From: Octopus bimaculoides
Taxonomy: Eukaryota
Length of the DNA stretch: 49,753 bases
Direction of reading: 5' to 3'
NCBI RefSeq assembly: GCF_001194135.2
Contig: NC_068981.1
Span: 168,492,710 to 168,542,462, forward strand
A program made the translations under genes and the position numbers. Positions 23,874-33,879 of the stretch are shown here, piece by piece. Every line of letters begins with the position of its first letter. Position 1 is the stretch's first letter. The notes under the pieces were generated by a model. It worked only from the letters and a program-made list of their open reading frames with translations, ran no database searches and had not been told where the DNA came from.

Positions 23874-24192
23874 GAAAAAAAAAGAAAAGACAGATGAGAG
23901 ACTGGTTATTAGTAGTGGCTAAAAGATTTCTGAACAAATATACAATAAATTTCATATATAAGAATGTAACATCAGAATGTTAATGGGTTAAGAAATAGGA
24001 GGTAAGGATATTCATGGTTTTTTTTTTTCAGGATGTCAAAAATATGTTAAATGATTCCAACATTACATTTCCCATAATAATGTGTTTGATTATAATGGCT
24101 TTTTTTTTTGTAATCCGCTGAAAGATTACTAAGAGGTAGTACAATGGATTGATAAAATACCAATATATTAATACTACTTATTTTACTGACTT

Positions 24193-24400
24193 CTAAGGTG
24201 GTAAACTGGTGAAATTGTTAGTATGACAGGCCAAATAATTAGTAGCATTTCTTTTGGCTCTTTACATTCCAAGTTCAAGTTCTGTGGAGACTGACTTTGC
24301 TTATTACCCTTTCAGGATCAATAAAATAAGTACCAGTTGAGCACTGGGTTGATGTAATTAATTTACTCCCTCTCCTAGTCTAAAAATTTGAAGCCATTAT
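24193..24400 (+). mobile_element. SINE (family F), degenerate
   Basis: gactttgc..cctttcaggatcaataaaataagtaccagttgagcactggg core shared with other copies. Confidence 0.65.
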
Positions 24401-24479
24401 TTTACTGACTCCGGAAAGATAAACTGTACAACTGATCCATGCATTCCAAACATTGCAGAACATCTGGTCTAAATCTTGT

Positions 24480-24675
24480 TAATAATAATGGTTTCAAATT
24501 TTGCCATAAGGGCTGCAGTTTTGGAGGAGGGGATGAGCTGATTACATCGGGCCCCAGTATTCAACTGATACTTATCGACTCTGAAAGGATGAAAAGTGAA
24601 GTCAGCCCCAGTGGAATTTGAACTCAGAACGTGAAGACAGATGAAATACCATCCAACATGCTAATGATTCTTGCA
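24480..24675 (-). mobile_element. SINE (family F), inverted relative to the neighbouring copy
   Basis: Reverse complement tctgagttcaaattcc..gacttcac..catcctttcagagtcgataagtatcagttgaatactgggg. Confidence 0.65.
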
Positions 24676-25135
24676 AAGTTGCATGACCTAGTGGTTAGGG
24701 TGTTGGACTCAAGATTGTAAGGTTGTGGTTTCAATTCACAAGCTGGGAAGTGTGTTGTGTTCTTGAGCAAAACACTTCACTTCATATAGCTTTGGTCTAC
24801 ACAGCTGAAAATATGTAGAAGTAACAGCTGGTGATGTGGAGTCAGCTCTGCATAAATGGGTGTCCTATTCAGGGAATATTGTACTCGCTCATTCATTTAC
24901 ATGTCGTAGAAGTTGAAATAACCTCTGGCTAAATGCACCAGTAGGCTTGACAAAGACCTAAAACCAATAATAACACCATGCCCTTCTAACATTACTACTA
25001 ATAACGATAATTATTCCTTAATGATAATAATTTACGTTTATTATTTATTTTCTAAGATTCTTAATGTGAAATCCTGTGATGAAACAGATATTGTTATATT
25101 TGGGGGATGGTCATACTTTTTTTTTTGCCAATTAA

Positions 25136-25195
<60 letters not shown>

Positions 25196-25882
25196 NNNNN
25201 NNNNNNNNNNNNNNNNNNNNNNNNNNNNNNNNNNNNNNNNNNNNNNNNNNNNNNNNNNNNNNNNNNNNNNNNNNNNNNNNNNNNNNNNNNNNNNNNNNNN
25301 NNNNNNNNNNNNNNNNNNNNNNNNNNNNNNNNNNNNNNNNNNNNNNNNNNNNNNNNNNNNNNNNNNNNNNNNNNNNNNNNNNNNNNNNNNNNNNNNNNNN
25401 NNNNNNNNNNNNNNNNNNNNNNNNNNNNNNNNNNNNNNNNNNNNNNNNNNNNNNNNNNNNNNNNNNNNNNNNNNNNNNNNNNNNNNNNNNNNNNNNNNNN
25501 NNNNNNNNNNNNNNNNNNNNNNNNNNNNNNNNNNNNNNNNNNNNNNNNNNNNNNNNNNNNNNNNNNNNNNNNNNNNNNNNNNNNNNNNNNNNNNNNNNNN
25601 NNNNNNNNNNNNNNNNNNNNNNNNNNNNNNNNNNNNNNNNNNNNNNNNNNNNNNNNNNNNNNNNNNNNNNNNNNNNNNNNNNNNNNNNNNNNNNNNAGGA
25701 TGGACATAGATGTTCAGAAAACAACACACTGGATAAAATAATCTCTGATATATTGTGTCTGAAGAAAGTTAGGATGTTTATGGCTGGGATCTCACCAACA
25801 CACATTATTATTCTAGGTGTTATTAGAAATGGTATTCGGTCTTAAAACTTCCTAGAATATATATATATATATATATATATAG

Positions 25883-26822
25883 GGCATGATGGGCAAATTG
25901 TTGCCATTGTTTGTTTTTGATTTTGTCAGTTTTACAGTACGGTAGGGTCAGTTGGGCACTGTCTGTGAGAAAAACAGCACCAAGACGCAATTCACTCAGC
26001 CAGAAATTGGAAACGACATGCTGTGCTAATTGGCATTCATACCAGACAATTTTTATCCCAAGCCATTAAGGGCAAGAAGAAAGACTTTTGAACAAACTCA
26101 AGCATTCCCAGTAACTGAACATGCTTTGGTTTTTCTCAGACGAGAAAAATTTCTATCAAGATCAGATGGTGAACACACAAAACAACAGCTGGCTTGCTGT
26201 GTCCCCAAAACATGTACCAAGAATGATAAAAATCAAATATCCAGTCAACACCATGGGGTTTGGAATGATCTCTGGTGATGGAGACATTATGCTTCCATTC
26301 ATCTTCCCACACAGCCTCAGACTCAACATAGAGGCTTACATCAAGTGTCTGGAGGAGATAGTGCTGCCCTGAGTCAAGAGGGTGGCTGCTGGAAGACCCT
26401 ATATCTGGCAACAGGACCCCGCACCATGCCACACAAGCAGTCATAACTCTCAGACAATTTCTGCAATCACAACCCCTAACATCTGGCCACCTAACTCCCC
26501 AGACTGCAACCTCCTTGATTATTATGTGTGGGGTGCAGTTGAGCAAGAGACCAACAAAACTCCTTATAATACCAAAGATGAACCAAAGGCAAGGATTATG
26601 GCAGCATTCACCAACTTAAACAAGGAGACTGTGCAGAAGAGTTGCAGGAGATTCCGAAGTTGTCTGGAGGCCATGGTTGAAACCAATGGCAATTTTACCA
26701 AAAAAATTTATTCTTTAGTATTTCAAGATATTTTTATGTAATTTTGGTAAATATATCTGTTAAATGAGATGTCAGTGTTATTTTCCTTTTTGCGTAATTT
26801 AGATGACAATTTATTCACCACA

Positions 26823-26824
<2 letters not shown>
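25883..26824 (+). mobile_element. Internally deleted Tc1/mariner-superfamily (maT/DD37D-like) transposon flanked by (TA)n
   Basis: FFSDEKNF, WQQDPAPCH, WPPNSPDCNLLDYYVWG (third catalytic residue D; spacing reads D33D in this decayed copy); decayed 23-bp TIRs. Confidence 0.8.
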
Positions 26825-26885
<61 letters not shown>

Positions 26886-27285
26886 GAACTCATGTTAACT
26901 AAAGGAAAGGATAGACCAAAAGTTGAAGTGGTTAGTAAAGTTGGTAGTGTAGTATTTAGTAGATAGAGAGGTGGAGGATATACAGAAAAATAAAAGCTTA
27001 ATGGTTTATAGAAGATGAAGAGATCAGGATATATAATTGAGAAAGTTGTTGGTATATAATAAATTAAACTGTTGCTGTATATAAATAGATGACAAAGTTG
27101 ATAGTCTGAAAAATACAGGGGCATATAACCATTCACTATCAAGTGATACATTTCTGGATGTAGACATAATATTGATAGAAACACAGTAAATGTAAATATT
27201 GAAATATTTCATATTTGAAAATGAAGAGAAAAGTCTGAAAATTTAGTTATAAACAATACCTGTGAGACATTTTAAACATTTCATA

Positions 27286-28091
27286 TACTGTAAAAACCCA
27301 TACGCATGTGATTTTCAGGATAAAAATTGTTAAAAATAGCTTCTACTCATGTAAAATTTGAACCCCAAAGTTTTCAGAATTGCTGATATGGCCAGGGGAA
27401 AAAGGTTTTCAATTTAGTTGTATTTAACATAATTTCACCTACTTATGATTAGATTTTATTAAATTTTCATCAAATAAAAATAATTTCTGTTTAACAGGTA
27501 TCACATTGAAAGCTATCAAATTACAAAGTGTTTGTGTTGTTTATAATAAACTTTATTTTACATTTCTTGCCCACAAGAGATAATATCCGATCTTTAGCAT
27601 ACTGCTGTATGTCTTCTCAATTCACGATCATAGGAAAAGTTGTTGAAAAGAATTATCAACAAAAACAAAGCTGATAAATATGCATAGGTGTTGCAAATTA
27701 AGTTTAATTAACAATAGACATCAGTTTGGATGACACTTTACTCAACTGAGTAAAATATGATCTGGACCGTGATTACTAGTTTGAACATCAGACTTCAAAA
27801 AGTAGTTAACCATTTAATGGTTTTAGTAAATTTATATAGAAAAAGTGAACATTATACTGTCCAGCATAAATAAAAGTAAACTTCATTATATTTAAGCTCC
27901 TATTTTTTCTGACATTAAATGAATCAACTTCTGGTATGAATGTTTACATTTTGTACGTCTTTTTTCAACAAAAAATTTCTAAAAAAATTCTGGAAACAAT
28001 CTACTCATGTAATTTACACATCCCTAAAGTTCATTTTTATTTTTGTGGAAAAAAAAAAAGAAACGTTCAATTTACATGGGTTTTTACGGTA
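27286..28091. mobile_element. Non-autonomous TA-target DNA transposon (TcMar-like), ~800 bp
   Basis: TA|CTGTAAAAACCCAT ... ATGGGTTTTTACGG|TA: 14-bp TIR (1 mismatch) with TA target duplication. Confidence 0.65.
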
Positions 28092-28186
28092 ACTTTAAAC
28101 ATTCTACATTGTTGAGCAATTATCATCATTTAATATTATTATTTCTAAATCTCTCAAACAGAGACATCCAGTAATAGTTCTTTAAA

Positions 28187-28458
28187 GTAAAGGCTGTTTG
28201 TCAACATAATGTGGCTGCTCTGGAAGGAATAATGTTACTGTTGTTTTAGCCCCAAGAAACATTGTTTCTAGCTGGCTATACAACACAATATCTGTGTCCT
28301 AATTTTTTCAAACAGGAGTGCTGAGCTCCCTGTTTGAAAATATAAGGACACAAATATTGTGTCGTATAGCCAGCTAGAAACAATGTTTCTTGGGGCTAAA
28401 ACTACAGTAACATCATCCCTTTCAGGACAACCACATTATGTTGGCAAATAGCCTTAAC
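28187..28458. mobile_element. 272-bp foldback (MITE-like) palindrome
   Basis: Arms of ~130 bp are reverse complements (e.g. gccccaagaaacattgtttctagctggctata / tatagccagctagaaacaatgtttcttggggc), with a loop near 28320. Confidence 0.85.
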
Positions 28459-29651
28459 ATCATCATTTAATGTCCCCTTTTCCATGTTGGCATGGGTTGA
28501 ACAGTTCAACAGGAACTGATGAGCCAGAGGGTGGCACTGAACTCTAATGTCTACTTTGGCATGGTTTCCACAGCTGGATGCCCTTCCTAATGCCCCTTTA
28601 CAGTATACTAGGAGGTTACCAAGTACTCACAAGACCAGGCCCCTCAATTTAGTAGGATATAGTATTAAGGAATGTGAAAGTATGACAGAGGGACAGAAGT
28701 AGATGTCCTGCTGAAGAGGGGGATTTTCACCTAAAATATCATGAAGGTCATTATGATTTAAGGGAGGACAGCAAGTCAGTAAGGTTTGTACAGGGGATAC
28801 ATTTGTAGTATATTGAAGAGGGGAATATGAATATGCTTGCCTTAAGTTCTCAACCCCAGGCGGATTGGAACTGCAGCGGTGCTGTTGCGACATAGGGCAA
28901 GTCTTGGGCATTTCAAACTTGGTGCAGCCCATTCATTCCCAGATCTGACAACAGTCCATTTCTTCTAGAAAGAAGAGACAGACACAAAAAAGAACTGACC
29001 CAAGTAAAGGAATGGAACTTTATTTATTGACTCTTGCCCCAAAAGGAAGAAAGGTGGAGTTGAACTCAGAGTGCAGAGAGACACAAGACAATTTGTTACC
29101 CATTGTCTGACCTCAACCATTTCATCATCTTTGATGTCAATATGGAATATCATGTAGAAAGCTTCTGTATTGAATTGATATGTTGAGTAGCTGTCGATAT
29201 ATGATGTACAGGAGTGAGACTACTGCAACACCAATGCAGTATGAAGAAGGAGAGACCATTGAGATATCAGTATGGTATATAAAAAATCCACACTCATAAG
29301 ATGTCAATGTATTATACAGAGAATAATCTTTCAAATTTTGGGGAATGTCCAAGCTGAGAAAATTTTGCTCCAGGTGTAGCTGTATAGTTAAGAAATCTGC
29401 TTCTCAACCATATGGTTTCTGGTTCAGTCCCATTGCATGGCATCTGGGGCAAGTGCCTTTTACTTTCGTTCTAGGCTGATGACAGCTTTGTGAATAGATT
29501 TGGTAAATGGAAACTGAAAGAAGCTCTTTGTGTATATATGTGCGTTTCCTTGCCTGAACATTGCATGATAATTGGAAACAAATATCACCATCATATAAGT
29601 TGTTTACTTCATTTGCAAGCTTCCACAGAAGCATGCCTGGCCATGGGAAAT

Positions 29652-29860
29652 ATTGGTTTCAAATTTTGGCACAAGGCCAGCTGTTATGGGGAAGGGGCTA
29701 AGTCAATCACATCAACCCCAATGCTCAACTGGCACTTATTTTATTGACCCTGAAAGGATGTAAGGTAAAGTCAATCTCGGCAGAATTTGAAGTCAGAACA
29801 AAAAGACAGACAAAATGCCGCCAAGCATTTTGCCCAGCATGCTAATGGTTCTGCTCGCTT
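29652..29860 (-). mobile_element. SINE (family F)
   Basis: Same core as 24480-24675 with a more complete head (ttagcatgctgggcaaaatgcttggcgg). Confidence 0.7.
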
Positions 29861-30561
29861 TCCACTATAGTTATGGGAAATATTACCTTCTTCGGAAGAA
29901 GGTGAGTTTGGTGATAGGAAGGGCATCCAGTCATAGAAAACCTGTCTCAACAAATTTCATCAGACCCAATTAGGCATGGAAAAGTGAATGCTAAAATGAT
30001 GATGATGATGACTGATGATTGATGAGGTGATAGAATATGGTTAGATGAGTCTGTAAATAGAATGATATGTCCTATTACAGACACATTTAACAGATGCTAT
30101 TAGGGAAGAAGAATAGATGTTAATAATGATGATATGCTAAGAATTTTGAATGAATTAAAATAACAATTTTATCATGAGATAATTACCAACTGCAAAAGAT
30201 GGAACTGAAATATTTTAAACACGGAGACACACACACACATATATACATACATACACACAGGTACATATATATGGAGAGAGAGAGAGAGAGAGAGAGATGC
30301 TATATAATAAGCACACGCTATGCAAACATATACTACAATCTGGCAAGCTGGTAGGTGTGAATAAAAAACTTAAGTTTTAACTAGCATGCTGTATGAGAAG
30401 ATACAAGTAGTTATAAAGAGCAAAACAACATAAAATGAATATGTCAAAAAGATATTGATAATGATGATGGTGATGATAATATAGCAGCTAAATATTACAC
30501 TGTACCACTTGAAATATATATATATATATATACAATTGACAACCTTTTAAAATATGAAGCT

Positions 30562-30567
30562 TTTATT
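30562..30567 (-). promoter_or_regulatory. Candidate intronic polyadenylation signal AATAAA at +8..+13 of the intron after exon 1
   Basis: Minus strand reads TTC CG|GTGAGTC AATAAAAGC. Confidence 0.4.
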
Positions 30568-30574
30568 GACTCAC

Positions 30575-33500
30575 CGGAAATCACTGTCCTCACTAGTAGG
30601 TGAACTTGGAGATGACAGAAAATTGTTTTGATGTCCATTGTGTGAAAGACAAAGAGAAACTAAATGGCAATGATCATCTGCCTCTCCTATTTCATTGCTG
30701 TCATGAGAACCACTTTCTTCTGAACCGACTGACACATCATCTTGATCATCAAGATTTAGATTGGAGAAACATCTCTGTGTCATGTTGTGATGGTTTTGGA
30801 AATTAGAATGACTATGTGGCAGTGTTGGATCTTCAAGAGCAGACAGATTGGAGTTGCTGCTAGATGCACTCAAATCGTTTGTAGCACAATTTGTTAATTG
30901 CGTTTTGGAAGGAGCTGATCCATTAGAATTCATTTGGAGCAAATCTCCTGTCGGACTGGGGCAAGCAGAGTCAACATCATCGGCATAAGGGATTTCACTC
31001 AGTGAAAACTCAAAGCCCATTGCACCAGTTGAGCTACCAGCACTGTTCAAGTTTTGCTCTAAGTTTGGGGTGGTAGTGGAGGCCAAGTCAAAATCAAGAA
31101 ACTCCATGTCCATTGCACTAGTAGAACTGCCAGCACTATTCAAATTTTGTTCCGAGTCTAAATTTGGGGTGGTTGTGGAGACAATGTCAAAATCAAGGAA
31201 ATCTACTTCTGGAGACATCACAGCATCATCAGAAGTTTGGCAGCTGTTTGTTGCTCCACTTAATGGTAATTGCATTGCAGTGAAAGAGTTATGGCACTGG
31301 GGAATTTTGACACCACCATCAAGGATTGAGTGGCTGTCATGGCTGTTTTCAGAGCACCCAACTTCTTTTGCAGGTTTCTTTAGACAGTTGCTTTGCAGAT
31401 GGTTATCACTGGTACATAATAACAATGTAGGAGGGGAGGTGGCAGAAGAGGGAGATGTCGATGGAGATGACTGAGTAGAAGGAGATGATGACAGTAACGA
31501 AGAAGAAACTTTCAGGACATCAGTACATTTTATCACAGAACTACCAGGTTCACGCTTTACACTATTACTATCACCAAATCCAGTCAAACCAACATAGCTA
31601 TTTTCACTACACTTAGAGTTATTGCAAGCACTAATTGAGGGACTGGGAAAAGAGAGTTGGTTGTGCTTTTTATGATCACAATTTTTAAAATAATTACTAT
31701 TAGGAAAATGGCTATAACTGGGTTCATGGCTTGATATTGCCATGTCATTTATACTAGCAACAATCTGTTGGTTATTGGTTTCATTGATGTCACTACTGGT
31801 CAGAGACGAAGATGAATCTGTGGAATCAGTAGAACTTGACATGAGACGGCTAGTCTGTACAGGGGGAAAATCTGCTTCAATAAAATCTCCAAAATCTTCT
31901 TCCCGATTGTCTATAGACCCTGTTCCTGAAGAACCTAAATTGTTTGAGCGAAAGTTATTTGAGTTTAAAGTGGTGTTGCTACAACCAACAGTAGCAGAGC
32001 TCTCTTCTACACAAGTCCCAATCTGACTCTTATAATTATTATCTTTATTATAATGCACAACATTGTCTGGATCACAGTAAGAGTAGCTGGGGCAGAGAAG
32101 TTCAGTTTCCAACTCAAAAGACTCGCCTGATCCACAGCAACCTTCAAAGCTGTTGCAAGCCCGACAGCAGTCTTGCAATGAAGAAATGAACCGGTTTTTT
32201 TGAAACTTACATTGCAAGTTGTAAAGTGCTTTGCATTTCTTGCCCACTAACTTACTGCTAGTGGTGGTATTGGTGTTTGTGCAATTGTTGCAATTAATAC
32301 AAGAAGATACAACTGTTCCTGCAGCACCGGAGGCAGAATTCATCATGTTGCTATTGTTTTCATATTTTAAAGATTTACACGTGTGCTGTTGTTGCTTGGC
32401 GTTTTTCAACTTTGATTGAATCAACAAGTCCGATTTTGATGCAGAAGCCACATCAAGGCTACCTTCATAATTTACCAAGTCACTAACAGCCGAATGTTTC
32501 TTTTGGTTTTGATTCTCAACATGCTGCAGCTGGGACATCTTAGTGATGGTCTTGAAATCTGGAGTCATTATGAGACCATTAGTTTGTTGAAGAGTGTAAC
32601 ACTTGGAGGAACAAGGCATATTACCATTAATAGGCCCATTTACTTGAACCAGAGGGCCTTGTTTGAAAAGGGTGCAATTACTATAAGGCATCATTGTTGT
32701 TGGTATTGTTGAAGTAGTAGTAATAGTGCTTGTAGTTATAGTGGCAGCAGCAGTGTCAGCCATCTGTGCGGAAGAAATCGTATCACTTTTACTCAGTAAT
32801 GATTTCGATAGCTTTGGTTGGTGCAACTTCACTGAAGTGGAGCTATCTTTCTGGATCACCGAAGAGAAAGTGTTTCGCCTGTTATCAGAAGTACTGTAAT
32901 TGTTATGGACAGGGATATTGATCTGCTGCTGGCTATGGTGATGGTGATGATGATGATGATGACTATGGTGGTTCTGGCTGTGATATCGGGGAAGATGGTA
33001 ATGGTAAGAAGGGTTTGGATCGCTACTGGTTTCTTTTGGCCGTGCTGCCTGCAAATTGTTAACAACTGTCTCACAGTTTTCATTGTTTGAGGCACTGACA
33101 GGTTGAAGAGGTGAGCAGCTTTGCCATTTTGGTACAATTCCTGGGTTTGGATCTGTACTTGCCAGGGAAGGTAAGGAATCATGCAAAGAGATTTCACAGT
33201 TACCACTAGCTCCATTACATGATGGTTCTGTAACAGGGTTTTTAGAGTGAAAATCACCTATGGCATGGAAGTTTTGGGGATCGCTTTTTCTTTCTCTACC
33301 AGCACTGCTACATTCATCCTCGAAAGAGCTGTTGTTATTGTAATAACTAATGCGATTATTGTTGTTGTTGTTGTTTTGGGAGCGACTGTGGCTATCTAAA
33401 ATGCTTGCTGGGGTGATGCCATCAGTTTGGCTCTGAGGCAAAGAATAAAAGTCAAAATTTGAATTATCCAAGCCATTCTCACTTGTAGCAATCACCTCAT

Positions 33501-33657
33501 CTTCTATGCTGTTATCATAATCACTATTCCCCACAGCTTCCTTTGTAGAGTTGCCCATCCTTTGGTATAAACTACATCTTTCAATGATACCAGGTGATGC
33601 TGTGGAGTCAGCAGTAATTAATGGTGGGATATGTGCACAGGGAAGAGTGTTCTCCAT
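30575..33657 (-). CDS. Coding exon 1 (1027 codons + 2 nt) of an uncharacterised ~1487-aa protein; low-complexity Ser/Asn/Thr/His-rich N-terminal region
   Basis: 3-kb uninterrupted ORF. Acceptor (pyrimidine tract ...tttcag) puts the exon start at 33724; in-frame TAA upstream of ATG 33657. Donor CG|GTGAGT at 30574, phase 2, matches the next exon. Confidence 0.9.
31018..31203 (-). repeat. Coding tandem duplication (93/99-nt units) inside exon 1
   Basis: DFLDFDIVSTTTPNLDSEQNLNSAGSSTSAM vs EFLDFDLASTTTPNL--EQNLNSAGSSTGAM. Confidence 0.9.
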
Positions 33658-33718
33658 CGCTTACTGACAAAAGTGGGCATTACACAGAACTTACGGACTC
33701 TCCAGTTAGTAACAGCAT
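33618..33718 (-). promoter_or_regulatory. Two upstream ORFs: uORF1 33718-33680 (12 aa) and uORF2 33680-33618 (20 aa, overlapping the main ATG out of frame)
   Basis: Read directly: ATG CTG...GTG TAA, whose last A starts ATG CCC...CAT TAA. Confidence 0.5.
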
Positions 33719-33837
33719 CCAAATCTGAAATTCAGAAAAGAGAACAGGTGAGCAGATTGAAATGGAGAAAAAAACCAAAAAAAAACCCCATAATTTAAAT
33801 CACTATATAAATAATATAATTAAGAATTTAGAGTGTG

Positions 33838-33879
<42 letters not shown>

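Noticed and set aside
30600-33257. Plus-strand and alternative-frame ORFs within exon 1 (e.g. 31070..31474, 32856..33257)
   Set aside because: Shadows of the low-complexity coding exon; no independent splice or domain evidence.
33664-33694. GTAAGT...ttttgtcag inside the 5' UTR, suggesting a mini-intron or an alternative donor defining a 30-nt exon
   Set aside because: 31 nt is too short for a typical spliceosomal intron; alternative donor use cannot be supported without RNA data.
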